Assembly: GCA_963701095.1 (NCBI GenBank)
Contig: OY969564.1
Location: forward strand, 640,001 to 704,000
DNA: 64,000 nucleotides
Direction of reading: 5' to 3'
Origin: an uncultured Methanoregulaceae archaeon
GTDB lineage: Archaea; Halobacteriota; Methanomicrobia; Methanomicrobiales; Methanospirillaceae
The position numbers and the translations under genes were made by a program. Below, in pieces: positions 51,500 to 63,395 of this stretch (its first letter is position 1; the number at the start of each line of letters is the position of its first letter). Under the pieces are notes generated by a model. That model ran no database searches, was not told where the DNA came from, and saw only the letters and a list, made by a program, of their open reading frames with translations.

Positions 51500-52084
51500 T
51501 TAGTTTTCTCTGGTTCGCCGGATGAAGAGCACGGCACCCAGGAATCCGATAACGAGGACTACTGGGAATATTGCTGAAGGGAACTCTGGAATTGGCATTC
51601 CAATGACCTTCGCAGTATTCGAAGCACTGGCAGGATCCATAGGGTTTCCATCCTCATCATATCCGGCAAATGTACAGGAGCTCACCAGTTTTGTGCCTCC
51701 CGCAATTGTCCCCGAGATTTTGAGACCGGGGTACCCGCCAAATCCCCAACCCGGTCCACCCACCTCATTGCAAGTTACGGTATTCCCGCTAACACTACAA
51801 GTGACCAAATCATCCCACCCATAATCCTCCCAAGTGATATGCTTGATGTCTGGAGACAACAAAACCTCACCCCAAACGATGTGATCAACAGGACCACCTC
51901 CTCCGATGGTGTAGGTTATTGTATCCCCTACATGATACACAGATTTATCAGAAGACATTTGCACCTGCCACTCTTGAGCGAATGCCGGTGCACCAATACC
52001 AGACGCTAATGCTACAATACAAACAACACACAGGATGAATACAATCCTGCATCCAATCCTGACTTTATTTGTTGAAGTAACCAT
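51500..52084 (-). CDS. Small surface protein + PEF-CTERM
   Basis: Signal peptide; SDKSVYHVGDTITYTI; IPEFPSAIFP-TM-RRTREN. N-domain resembles the neighbouring gene (TPDKTVYAPGDRITY). Confidence 0.82.
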   Translation of the reverse strand: MVTSTNKVRIGCRIVFILCVVCIVALASGIGAPAFAQEWQVQMSSDKSVYHVGDTITYTIGGGGPVDHIVWGEVLLSPDIKHITWEDYGWDDLVTCSVSGNTVTCNEVGGPGWGFGGYPGLKISGTIAGGTKLVSSCTFAGYDEDGNPMDPASASNTAKVIGMPIPEFPSAIFPVVLVIGFLGAVLFIRRTREN

Positions 52085-52388
52085 GGTCTCTACCGTCCTC
52101 GATTCACCTCTCTGGCACTGGAGAAGGCAGAGGGGGTTAAAAACGCAGATTCTGGAACGGTGTCAGCAGGATGAATCTGAAAATATATCTTCTAAAATAA
52201 TACACTTATTAATATGCAATGCGCAGATGCATGGCGTTCTTATATAAAATGAAAAAGATTTTCTAAAATTTCATCCCGATTGAAACATGCTCATTCCTCA
52301 CTATTTGTTATTTACCAAAAATCAATCTATGAAAAAGTACATTTAATTGGGGTTAGAACTGCTATCCTCTAAAGTTAAGCTGGATGAA

Positions 52389-53075
52389 ATGTCGGCTAAA
52401 GACTATTATGCAATACTCGACGTTAAAAGAGATGCATCAGCCGATGAGATAAAAAAGGCGTATCGTACCCTTGCAGTAAAGTACCATCCTGATTTATGTA
52501 AAGATCCCGGCGCGGAGGAAAAATTTAAAGAAATTAATGAAGCGTACGCGATACTTAAAGATCCAACGAAAAAAAGATCCTATGATGAATTAGATAAAAT
52601 TGGAGGTACACCACCCAAGGAACCTCCTTGTTATACGGCCCAAAAGGAATATCCCCGTTATGCAAGTACCGAGGAAGTTCCTCTGTATAAACCGCCACGG
52701 GAAGACAAAAAACACCACGACTTCTCTCTAGAAGCTCCACTACTTTTTTCTTTCTTTGGAATTGGATTAAAAATGTTCGGCTTTACGCGGTACGTTACCT
52801 TTTTCTTTATCCCGATATTACCGATAGACCGGTACATATATTTCGTCGAAGATGATGGAAGGACCTTAACATTTTATGCGAAATTAAGCGTTCGTATCTC
52901 GCAAAGGATATGGCAGATAGCTGTTGGAATTTTCATAATATGGGTTATATTATGGATCTTTTTTTTCCATCTGGACCTGACAGCCATATACTCCTCTCTG
53001 CAAGCAATGATGAAATTTTTCCAACCGCACCGGGCTTTGCCACCGGGACGAAGATATGAGGCTCCCGGAATGTAA
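52389..53075 (+). CDS. J-domain protein with C-terminal membrane region
   Basis: DYYAILDV...[15 protein letters not shown]...[11 protein letters not shown]; no G/F-rich or Zn-finger region; [15 protein letters not shown] plus a TM. Confidence 0.85.
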   Translation: MSAKDYYAILDVKRDASADEIKKAYRTLAVKYHPDLCKDPGAEEKFKEINEAYAILKDPTKKRSYDELDKIGGTPPKEPPCYTAQKEYPRYASTEEVPLYKPPREDKKHHDFSLEAPLLFSFFGIGLKMFGFTRYVTFFFIPILPIDRYIYFVEDDGRTLTFYAKLSVRISQRIWQIAVGIFIIWVILWIFFFHLDLTAIYSSLQAMMKFFQPHRALPPGRRYEAPGM

Positions 53076-53552
53076 GATAACGCTGCCGGATTAGTTTCAC
53101 GGCGCCCGGCTGCTTTTCATCTCCTCTTTCAACACACACTGATGGATGAATTACCCCTATTCATCGTGCCTTGTGTCCTGCCGTCACTGTAAGCACGAAT
53201 GGACGTATATGGGTTCACGTCTCGCCAGTCTGAGACGATCCAGAAAACCGGTCAAGGTTCAATGTCCGAGATGTCATACGCGGATAATACTTGATGTGAA
53301 AAACGCTGTATGATTAAACAAATCTCATCATAAGGCAGTCAATACCATCCTTTCCCATCTTACGCTGTCTTTTCCCACACACGGAACCAAGCCCGCGGTA
53401 TGATTGGATTCTTTCAATAACGCCAGTTTGGTATGTCGGCAACACATTCGTTTTTCCCATACTTCCGGGTTGGGAATCCAGATTGATAAAAAGAGAGTTG
53501 ATGATGTGAAAATGTCCTGTTTATAGACAGATGCAGAGGAATTAAAAAAAGA

Positions 53553-54271
53553 TTAGTTTTCCCTGGTTCTCTGGATATAGAACACGGCTCCAAATAATCC
53601 GATAATCATGGTCACAGGCAAGGCTGGTGACGGGAACTGGGGGCAGGTGTTTGGGACGACGTATATTGAATTGTTGCCGTATAGAGCAACGCACTGGGAT
53701 TAAACCCATTGACATCACCTAATGCAAAATTACGCACGACAAAGGACAGGGTGTTAGATCCGGCGTGAGGAGTAAAACTCGTGGAAAATGCTCTTGAATA
53801 ATCAGAATAATCGTTCGGGTTCACACCGTATACTTCTTCGGGTGAGGTGGTCGCGATTTGTACGCCATTCAGGTAGACATCTGCTGCATTGTCAGCAGTA
53901 AATGCAAGTTGAGCGGAGTTAATCGTGGCTCCTGACGGAATAGTGAAATTATCGTTGAATAACCTCCATTGGTTATCGGTACTCAATCCTTCCCGTGTCG
54001 CTGCGCTGGATATCCACACAGCACCAGACCCGAAGGGAGCCTGGGTAGGTAAATACCATGTTGATGCAATATCCGTTGAAGGAACCGCGGGATTCCAGGA
54101 GCCACCGTAATCTGCAGGATTCAGGGGACTTGATGGTTGTATCGTTGTATATCCAGCTGAAAGGGTACCTGTGCCACTCACGAGCACCAAGGTCTGCGCT
54201 GATGCCAAGGCCGGGAGAAGAGCAACAATTAATACACACAGAATAATACAGATTCTCGCATTGAATTTCAT
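53553..54271 (-). CDS. Surface protein (beta-sandwich/lectin-like) + PEF-CTERM; frameshift at about 53640
   Basis: Signal peptide; FTADNAADVYLNG...GSNTLSFVVRN; the tail (P)QFPSPALPVTMIIGLFGAVFYIQRTREN* is in the adjacent frame. Confidence 0.8.
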
Positions 54272-54984
54272 AACACAAACACTCCAATATGTCGGTTTTC
54301 CCATCTTTTCAAGGAGGATATTTATAAGGATGCAATGCACCGGTGCATGGCATACCAGAGCAGGTTCTTATATCGCAAAAAGAAGCCCGGTTGAATTGAA
54401 GAGGGGTATACTTACCTGACTGAAACTGGTTTTGAAGGTGATGGCAATTAACTTATATTCTTTTTGAGCATTGGGTGATAGGTTTAGGCAAGAATTATTG
54501 AGTAGCAATCCGCACCCATTGCAAACCTTAACTCGTTTAAAGTTTAATGCATCTTTGTATGCCTGATATTAAACACCAAACGCATAAACTCCCGGATCGA
54601 TAGATGCATAAAATGCAAAGGGTATACATACGGCAGGGAAAACGGTATGTCCCGGTCGGCCGGTCGTGCAGGGATTGTGAATACCTGCAACGAGACTGAA
54701 AAACTTCAGGTGACAACTATGGCAAACGATTTTTATAATACAAATTTTACAGGACGAAGAATCAACATAGATTTTGTGAAATGCTTCGGTTCTATACCAA
54801 TGTTTGAACGAATCGGGGAATTACAAAGAAACTGGCGTAAATACGGGAATATTCATTTTATGCTTTCTGGAAGAACTCATGCGTTTGTTGTGGGAAAGTG
54901 GTTTTTTATGTATATCATTGAAAGTTATCGGTAACATTCTGTTTTTTCGAAATATGATATCTTTTTGATTCGGATCACCTGTCG

Positions 54985-55060
54985 GGTTGTGCCCTGATTG
55001 TGGATAGAGGGTGAGGGATTAAAAAAAAGTTTAGTGTTCTCTGGATAGTGAACACCGCTC
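54985..55060 (-). pseudogene. Orphan PEF-CTERM gene tail with downstream T-tract
   Basis: ttagtgttctctggatagtgaacaccgctc resembles the ...AVF.IQR(TR)EH* tail. The flank gttgtgccctgattgt is shared with 50403-50418. Confidence 0.6.
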
Positions 55061-55156
55061 GGTTCTGTCAAGTCTTCGACAGGTTATCATGTATGTCCGG
55101 TGTGAAATAATTCGAAACTGCTCACAACCTGTAAGAGCCCTCAAAAAAGATGTTTT

Positions 55157-55372
55157 TTATTTTTTCATAAAAAACTTTTTCGCCTTTGTCCCTTCAAAGG
55201 CAAAAACAATTATGCAGGACATCAAATACCAGAAGATAATACCAATTACCCAACTCCCAGCCGAATACGTGCTGAAAACGGTCTGGTAAAAGAAGAAGCT
55301 CAAGATTGCCACTATCACAATCGTAACAACTATCTTTCCTATCGTAGGTTTCAGGAAGTCCGTCCAAGTCAT
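55157..55372 (-). CDS. Small 2-TM membrane protein
   Basis: MTWTDFLKPTIGKIV..., hydrophobic, with an upstream TATA-like tract. Confidence 0.65.
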   Translation of the reverse strand: MTWTDFLKPTIGKIVVTIVIVAILSFFFYQTVFSTYSAGSWVIGIIFWYLMSCIIVFAFEGTKAKKFFMKK

Positions 55373-55533
55373 AAAATAATCGTGTGTATCAAGGATTTAA
55401 AGTATATAAAATCCACCACTTTTTACATTTTTTATAACTACATTTTTACGAACCAGACATGAGAAAATCCACATAGTCCGGATTGATCGGTTTCGGCAGG
55501 CCTGGCAGTCAAATGAAAAGAGGGGCTGGTTTT

Positions 55534-55563
55534 GGGTCTCCCGCATGACCGCCCGGGAGACCC
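55534..55563. terminator. GC-rich hairpin downstream of the beta-propeller gene
   Basis: GGGTCTCCCG-N10-CGGGAGACCC, a perfect 10-bp stem. Confidence 0.4.
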
Positions 55564-55594
55564 TCAATTACCACGGGTCTATGAAGGGTCCCGC

Positions 55595-57790
55595 CTAAAT
55601 CCCTTGTGGTGCCGGATACATTACCTCGCTGGTGCCGGGAAGGGGAATCGTTGTGATTGTCGTGTTAATATCGTCAAACGAGTTTGCCTTGATCTGTTTT
55701 GCTGACATCGTATAGAGAACATTGCCAATATAGAGAGAACGTGTGACATCGGCGGGTGAGGACCCGTAATAATAGTAGCCGTATTCACCGGTCCCGTGCT
55801 GGACTGTTCCCCTGAGGGTAAAGCCGGTACCCGGGGTGACGCCGAATACATATGCCCCATACCAGACCTGCTGCTGATTGTTGTAATAATTCCCTTTTAT
55901 TACCTGGGATGAAGATACCGCCGCGACCGGGATCACAAGGAGGTTCTTTGCCTGGTCAAAGAGGAACGCATGGGGGTCCGTGAGTGCTGCCGAATCGGAG
56001 CCTGCGTCACCGATCTGCACTTTGGCAAGTTGTTGGGGGTTTGAGACATCAGACACATCGTAGAGAGCCAGCTGGATCCCGCTTGTCGAGACACTGCCCC
56101 AGTCATCGGTCGCCGTCTGTTTACCAATGCCGATGAGATGTGTCGTGTCATATGGGTACAGGTAATCGGAATACCCGGTGACATTGAGTTCCCCGAGAAT
56201 CTTCGGCGTCTCCGGTGTCGAGACGTCGATAACAAACAGAGGGTCTATCCGGTTAAAGGTCACCATGTACAGCCGGTCGCCAATGAACCGGGTCGCATAG
56301 ATCGATTCCTGTTCTGCAACATGGGTTAAAGAACCGGTGGTGTTCATGTTCCCGTCAAGTACATACACATTGTTGTAGGTGTACTCGCCTGCCGATGTTG
56401 AGATGCTCGACGTAGTCGCAAGGCGGAGGTTGTTGTTGTATTCATCCATTGAGTACTGGTTGTCGAGCGTTCCCTGCACTTCACCTTCTGCGACATAGGT
56501 AATTGTGCCATCCCGGAGGGCGATCTTATGGATAACGGTGGTAGTCTGGTCGGCTTCCTTCAGCTGGATCACCTCCTGCTCAGCGTTCCGGAGACTATTG
56601 AGGATCGCCTGCCTCTGTGCATCGGTCATGGTATTGAAGTCGGAGGGGACTGGAGCGAGGGGGACTGCCGTGTTTACGGAGTATGACACTCCTGACGATG
56701 ATGATCCGGGCGCGTTCACCGGAGCCGAAACTCCGGCCGATCCGCTCGATCCCATACCCCCGCTGGCGACACCCGGCTGAGGCGGAATACCGTTACTGCT
56801 TACACCCTGCTCCGGGTAGATCACCGGGTGATATTTCTGGTAACTCACGTACATCGCATCGGGCGATACATAGAGAATATTCCCGGTTCCAAGGAGGTAC
56901 GTCTGGGCGTCTATCTCGTTCCCGCTTACTGCGTCAAAGGAGGTGATGGTGGTAAACGTATACTGGGATTCAGGGTAGTCGAAATACCAGACATCGGGCT
57001 GGACAACGGTCGTGGTCCCTTCGCGGAGAGCAGGGACGACTACCTGGTCACTGGCGTAGGGATAGATCTGTTCCTGGGTGACCATGTACACGGTTGAGCC
57101 AATCATCCGGGCGTCAATATAATCTCCGTCCATTGTGTAGTCCTTTATTACTTTGGGGTTTTTCCGGTCACTGATATCGTACATACGTGCGTGCGTGGAC
57201 GGTGAACTATAACCCACGGGCTGTGCCACTATCATCGGCCCGGAGGCTGGCTGGGCACTCCCCGGGGGTATTGCATTACCCGTTGTTTCCGTTGCCGTGG
57301 TGAAGAGCACAAGGCGGTCACCGGTAACAAAGATATCTTTTGGCGTGTCGGTAAGAGCGGTTGTTGAAACAACCGATGCACCCGCTGCCGGGTAGGCATC
57401 AATAATGACGAGGGATGACCCGGATATCGTGTAAATATACGTACCATCATTTTTTATGATATCCGGTTCATCGACTCCGGCAACCTGAACATTCGTCTGT
57501 GAGTACCCGACAGTACCAGACAGGGCCGGATTCCCCTGCGTCGCCGGTTGCGCGACATTCACGCCGGTGCTCGTCCCGGTTGAGGAGGACTGGCCAGACG
57601 GGTTTCCGTTCTGCTGCGCTACGGCCATCGAAGTCCGGAGATACTGCTCTATATCGGCTGTCGAGTTGAACTTTTTCAGATCGGACGTAACAGGGTGAGT
57701 GGTCACCGGGGTGCTTACGCAACCTGTCGCAAAGACTGCGATAAGAATAAGCGAAACACAGAATACAGGGATGTATATTCTAGATGACAT
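55595..57790 (-). CDS. Secreted lipoprotein with beta-propeller domain (Beta_propel / COG4880 family)
   Basis: Lipobox ATGC; YSQTNVQVAGVDEPDIIKNDG, LDNQYSMDEY, IYATRFIGDRLYMVTF...DPLFVID, GYSDYLYP. Confidence 0.9.
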   Translation of the reverse strand: MSSRIYIPVFCVSLILIAVFATGCVSTPVTTHPVTSDLKKFNSTADIEQYLRTSMAVAQQNGNPSGQSSSTGTSTGVNVAQPATQGNPALSGTVGYSQTNVQVAGVDEPDIIKNDGTYIYTISGSSLVIIDAYPAAGASVVSTTALTDTPKDIFVTGDRLVLFTTATETTGNAIPPGSAQPASGPMIVAQPVGYSSPSTHARMYDISDRKNPKVIKDYTMDGDYIDARMIGSTVYMVTQEQIYPYASDQVVVPALREGTTTVVQPDVWYFDYPESQYTFTTITSFDAVSGNEIDAQTYLLGTGNILYVSPDAMYVSYQKYHPVIYPEQGVSSNGIPPQPGVASGGMGSSGSAGVSAPVNAPGSSSSGVSYSVNTAVPLAPVPSDFNTMTDAQRQAILNSLRNAEQEVIQLKEADQTTTVIHKIALRDGTITYVAEGEVQGTLDNQYSMDEYNNNLRLATTSSISTSAGEYTYNNVYVLDGNMNTTGSLTHVAEQESIYATRFIGDRLYMVTFNRIDPLFVIDVSTPETPKILGELNVTGYSDYLYPYDTTHLIGIGKQTATDDWGSVSTSGIQLALYDVSDVSNPQQLAKVQIGDAGSDSAALTDPHAFLFDQAKNLLVIPVAAVSSSQVIKGNYYNNQQQVWYGAYVFGVTPGTGFTLRGTVQHGTGEYGYYYYGSSPADVTRSLYIGNVLYTMSAKQIKANSFDDINTTITTIPLPGTSEVMYPAPQGI

Positions 57791-57966
57791 AGACTTGGAT
57801 GGATATTGGCAGAGGGTATCATCAACTTACTGTTAACTACGAATATTTTCTTAGTCATCGGGCAGTAAGGTTCTGTTCCATCGTTGTGGGGTGATACATG
57901 TCGGTTGTTCGATCTTCAAACAAAAGTCCGATAATAATATCTCCTTGCATAACAAAAAGGCGCTTT

Positions 57967-58458
57967 ATGAACCGCAATCAATGGATTATTGGTTGTATAT
58001 TAATAGCCCTCCTCATTGGTTATATGATTTTTGAGAAGGGGGTCACAAATCAGGGAATCAGGGGAATACTTCCCAATTATATTTTAATTTCAACGGCAAT
58101 TTTTACGGTCACATTTGTTGTATATATCCTGGGACGGCAAATTTTCGAAGAGCTTGAACACGAATTAGGGGAGGCTTACGCAGAGATTAATCACAGAAAT
58201 TTGGTTCATTCTGTATTAAACAAGGTAGATCGTAATAGAAAGATGTCAAAATCGAATAATTTGGTTTTCATTTTTTCAATGCTTTGTATTATTTCAAGTA
58301 TTTTGGCGCTTATTTTTAGTAATTTAACTGAAGATTCCAGTAATGCCGCAATTATTCTGTTTTATTTGGCAACAATTTTTGTTATCTGTTCAATATTTGA
58401 AATGCTTGCTTTAGCATGGAAACTTTCTTCAGTGGGGATCAAAAAACCTGATATTTGA
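57967..58458 (+). CDS. AT-rich hypothetical membrane protein (4 TM)
   Basis: Hydrophobic ORF with low GC content. Confidence 0.6.
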   Translation: MNRNQWIIGCILIALLIGYMIFEKGVTNQGIRGILPNYILISTAIFTVTFVVYILGRQIFEELEHELGEAYAEINHRNLVHSVLNKVDRNRKMSKSNNLVFIFSMLCIISSILALIFSNLTEDSSNAAIILFYLATIFVICSIFEMLALAWKLSSVGIKKPDI

Positions 58459-58598
58459 GATGTGGAGGTATGTGCCCGGTTTACCGGTTCCTGTCCGTGA
58501 CATCCCTTATCGATGCACTTCTGGTTGTCTTCATCGCCATACTTATTGCTTAATAAAGACATATAAAAACGAAACGGATTCTCTTGAGTTGAAAATTT

Positions 58599-61500
58599 AC
58601 GATACCTGTTCTTTACGTCGACGACGAGCCTGCACTTCTGGATGTTGGCAAATTTTTCCTTGAGGAGACCGGCGAATTTACCGTAGTTACTGCATCATCC
58701 GCGTCTGTTGCTCTCGACCGATTAAAATCCAATGATATCAAAGCCATCGTTTCCGATTACCAGATGCCAGACATCGATGGTATCGAGTTCTTAAAACGGG
58801 TACGGGCAAAGGATAAGGCCATCCCGTTCATTTTGTTTACCGGCAGGGGCAGGGAAGAGATCGCTATCCAGGCATTTGAAAACGGTGCCGATTATTATCT
58901 CCAGAAAGGCGGGGATCCAACATCGCAGTTTGCCGAGCTTACCCATAAGATCAAGAGAGTCTGTCGATCACATCCGGGATGAAACACAGGTTGCCACTCT
59001 TAACCGTCTCTATTCAGTGCTTTCCGCATCAAACAAGGCTATCGTTCATATTCATGATAAAAAAGAACTGCTGACCGAGCTTTGCCGGATTGTTGTTGAT
59101 ATCGGTGGTTTTGCCATGGCATGGGCAGGTATCGTTAATGAAAAAACCCATATCATAGAACCCGTTTCCGCATGTGGTCATGTTGATCACTACCTCGATA
59201 ATATCTCAATATCGACTGATGATATACCCCGCGGACAGGGTCCGACCGGAACTGCATTCCGTACGGGAAAATTCAGTGTCTCTAATGATATCGAACACGA
59301 TCCTAAGATGGCACCGTGGCGCAAAGGTGCACTTGACCGGGGCTATCGTTCACTTGCCGCATTCCCCTTCGCACTTGATTCCAAAAATGCCGGGGTTATT
59401 ACCTTCTATGCCTCCGAACCGGGGTTTTTTAACGACCAGATCATCCGGCTTCTTGAAGAACAGTCCGGGGATATCTCGTTTGCCCTCATTACACTTGATC
59501 ATGAAGAGAAACGAAGAGCTGCCGAAAATGATCTGAAAAAGTCCGAACTTCAGTACCGTCGGTTGTTCGAGACAGCACAGGATGCGATTCTGATTCTTAA
59601 CGGAGTTTCCGGTGAAATAATCGATGCGAATAAGTTCATCATCGATATGCTGGGATATCCGCTGGAGTACTTTAAAGGAAAACATCTCTGGGAGCTTGGC
59701 TTTCTTAAAGACAAAACCCTTGCACAGGACGCGTTTCTGAAGCTGAAAACGGACGGGTATATCCGGTATGAAGATATCCCTCTTGAAACAAAACAGGGCA
59801 GGGAGATGCGCGTGGAATTTGTCAGCAATGTCTACCTCGTAGACGATAAGCCGATTATCCAGTGCAATATCAGGGATATCACCGAACGAAAACAGACAGA
59901 GGATGCACTGCGCGAGAGCGAGAACCGATATCGCGACACGTTTGATCTCAACAACGCGGTCATGCTCATTATCAACCCGGAGACCGGCAGCATCGTTGAC
60001 GCAAATTCTGCAGCAAGCCGTTACTACGGTTATAGCCATGAGGAATTTTCCCGGCTAAAGATCATGGATATTAACATTGCTAAACCGTCGACCATAAAAA
60101 GTGATATGTCTGCAGCTCTGGGAAATCATGGTGAACTTTTCACGTTCCGGCACAGGAAAAAGAGCGGGGAGATCCGCACGGTCGAAGTGTTCAGCGGACC
60201 AATCATGTTCGATGGCAAACAATTTCTCCATTCGATCATCCATGATGTGACCGAGCGCAATCGGGCAGAAGTTGCACTCAAGGAAAGCGAGAAGAAATAC
60301 CGTTCCCTGTTTGAACAGATGCTTGAGGGATTTGCCTACTGCCAGATGATCTATGATGAGAAGGGCCAACCCGCTGACTGGGTATACCTGAATGTGAATA
60401 CCGCCTTTGAGAGGATCACCGGCCTCGAAAATATTACCGGAAAAAGGGTTTCGGATGTAATACCGGATATCCGTAAACAGACACCTGAGCTCTTTGATAT
60501 TTATGGCCGGGTGGCATCCACAGGGATACCAGAGACGTTTGAGATCAATTTTAAACCCCTGACCTTGTGGCTAAGAATCTCCGTCTTCAGCCCGGAGAAA
60601 GGCTATTTCGGTGCGATCTTTGAGGATATCACGGTGCGCAAACGGACTGATGAAAGACTCAACCATCTTGCGGCCATAGTCACTTCATCAGAGAATGCTA
60701 TAATCGGGAAGACTCTGGAGGGTATCATCACTTCATGGAATGCCAGTGCCGAGAGGATCTATGGCTATACGGCAAGTGAAACCATAGGCAAACCGATCTC
60801 AATGCTGGTACCACCGGGTGAACGGGATGAAATCCCGATGATCCTGGAAAAGATCCGGGCCGGGGAGACGATCCGCTCCTTTGAAACAAAGCGCATGGCA
60901 AAAGACGGGAGGATTATTAACGTATCCCTGATAGTCTCGCCGATAAAGAACGATAAGGGGATCATCACGGGGGCATCGACTATTGGCCAGGACATCACCG
61001 AACGTAAACATGCAGAGAATGCCTTGGCGCTTGCAAACAGGAAACTGAATCTTTTATCGGGCATTACACGGCATGATATCCTTAACCAGCTTACGGCACT
61101 TAAAACATATATCGAGCTTTCCAAAGATATGCAGGATAAAGAAACGCTTGCAAAATATATCAGCACCGAAGAAAAAATTGCAGATACTCTTGAAAGACAG
61201 ATTAATTTCACCCGTGAGTACCAGGATCTTGGGGTGACCGTCCCGGTCTGGCAGAACGTACGGGTGTGTATCGAGAAAGCGGTAGCTTCGTTACCTATGA
61301 GGAATGTTACCGTGAAAATGGACTTTGTTGATTGCGAAATATTTGCCGATCTCCTCTTTGACAAGGTGTTTTACAACCTTATCGACAATGCCCTTAAATA
61401 TGGCGGTAATACGATGACGTTCATACGTATTTCGTCCTTTGTATCAGGGAAGGGCATAACGCTTGTGTGCGAGGATAATGGTGCGGGGATATCAGAAGAT

Positions 61501-61689
61501 GATAAAAAACACCTGTTCACCCGTGGTTTTGGCAAACATACTGGTCTTGGCCTCTTTCTTTCAAGAGAAATTCTTTCGATTACCGGCATAACCATTACAG
61601 AGAATGGGGAAGCCGGTAAAGGTGCACGGTTCGAAATCACGGTGCCAAAAGAGAATTATCGGGTTGTTGATCTTACGGTAAATACATAA
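58599..61689 (+). CDS. Hybrid sensor: receiver + GAF + 4 PAS + histidine kinase; start reads ACG, frameshift at about 58955
   Basis: IPVLYVDDEP...VSDYQMPDIDG...ILFTGRG (REC), GAF (GQGPTGTAFRTG), PAS repeats, TRHDILN, NLIDNALKYG, GLGLFL. Confidence 0.88.
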
Positions 61690-62113
61690 TAGATTCAGGA
61701 CCATCTGCTCCAAATTCCAATATTAAGCCATTCTTTTAATTCACGGTCGGTTTTGAAATAATTCTCGTGTTTGTCACCTGGACGAGTGCTGAAAATTACT
61801 TCCGTGCATGTGCCTGCACTCGGGCAGCCAGCACATTCATGTGAGCATGTCTCTTTTATGGGTTTTTCGGGGAAATACCGTTCGTTTCCGTTGCCATGTA
61901 TTTTAACCGTGAATTTGAACGGTGATGTATTGTGAGTGCGATTAAAAAATCGTGGCTGTTTTCTATATTTTGGAACGTACGGTTCTGGTTAGGGTGTGGT
62001 ACTTTATCAGAGAATTATCAGATTTCCAACACGGGAAAACAGACGATCCCTCATCATCATATTAGAACAGCTAATACAAATATTAAAATAATATATGATT
62101 TATTTCTACTATT

Positions 62114-63163
62114 ATGTCTGGAAAAAAACCCACAATCCATGACATCTCACCTAAAACCGGATCCCCGGACGGTGGAACAAAAATCACGATCACAGGGACC
62201 GATCTTGAGGGAACTACGGATGTCCATTTTGGCGACACGAAGGGCACTGATTTGAATCTTGTGGATGACACCACAATCACGGTCAAGTCACCCCCCGGTA
62301 AGGCAGGCGGCGTTGATATCATAGTCACGAATTCACAAGGCACGAGCTCTTGCTCGGACAAGGATAAATTCACGTACACAACAACGAAGGATAACGATAC
62401 GGACTCCGATACCGGCTGTATCTGGGTGACTACGGATCCCCCGAAAGCCAGCATCCAGATGGATTGTTTGAATACTGATAAAACGACACCTGCAAAAATT
62501 GACGGCGTTAAGGCAGGATCCCGGACGGTTGGTGTTTCCCTTGCGCTGGATTCAGGTACTTACTACGCCACCAAAACCGTAAATGTTACGGCAAAATCGA
62601 TGACCTCAGTATCCTTTACGCTGCTAACCCCGACTAACAACAACAAGATCCTGCAGATCATTAGCTGGACGATCTTATCCCTAGCCGCATTTATCCTGAT
62701 AGCATTGTATGTAAAAATCTCTGGCATTCCCGGTTCTTCTCTTCCGGGAAACGGGTTACCCGATCTGATCAGAGTAATTGCATACCTTGCCTGTGCCGGT
62801 GGTATCGGCGGGGCTGCATTCAGTATCTATGAGCTCATCGCTCATCTCGGAGATGGGGATTTCTGCCTGAACTTCTTCTGGTGGTACATAGCCCGCCCTA
62901 TCACCGGAGCAGTGTACGGTACTTTTGCCTTTTTCCTCGTTGCCGGTGGATTTATCACATTATCCGGCGTGACCAATCCTGACATTTCGACTATGTTCAC
63001 GACAAAGACAGATATGTTCTACCTTGCCCTTGCGTTCCTTGCCGGGTATTCCGAGGAAGCTCTTTCCCTGAAACTCAAGGATATTGCAGAGGCATTGTTC
63101 AAGAAACCCAGCGACAAGGACGAAACAGTCCAGGGAAGTAAACAAACCAACAAACAACAATGA
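62114..63163 (+). CDS. IPT/TIG + PEGA-like + C-terminal 4-TM domain protein
   Basis: ISPKTGSPDGGTKITITG; VTTDPPKASI; GGIGGAAFSI...WYIARPITGAVYG...LAFLAGYSEE. Confidence 0.75.
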   Translation: MSGKKPTIHDISPKTGSPDGGTKITITGTDLEGTTDVHFGDTKGTDLNLVDDTTITVKSPPGKAGGVDIIVTNSQGTSSCSDKDKFTYTTTKDNDTDSDTGCIWVTTDPPKASIQMDCLNTDKTTPAKIDGVKAGSRTVGVSLALDSGTYYATKTVNVTAKSMTSVSFTLLTPTNNNKILQIISWTILSLAAFILIALYVKISGIPGSSLPGNGLPDLIRVIAYLACAGGIGGAAFSIYELIAHLGDGDFCLNFFWWYIARPITGAVYGTFAFFLVAGGFITLSGVTNPDISTMFTTKTDMFYLALAFLAGYSEEALSLKLKDIAEALFKKPSDKDETVQGSKQTNKQQ

Positions 63164-63395
63164 CTTTTTTACGGGAAACAAGTGTTATCCCACGAATCCA
63201 GAAATTTTTCCTGATTTTGTAACCTGGTTGGAGACAATCAATTTTTTCAGGCTTGAAAAATATACACGTTACCAGAATGCGAAAATCGGGCATTGAATCT
63301 GGTGGAGTATTACAGGAGTATATCAGATTCCAAATTCGGCACAATCGCGAGGAGAATAGAGGAATTTAAGAAAAATAGCGTTCCAAAAAATGGCA

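Noticed and set aside
53080..53550. Possible ncRNA or tRNA in long intergenic gaps (also 54350-54980, 61700-62100)
   Set aside because: No cloverleaf or recognisable conserved RNA motif was seen by eye; a covariance-model search would be needed.
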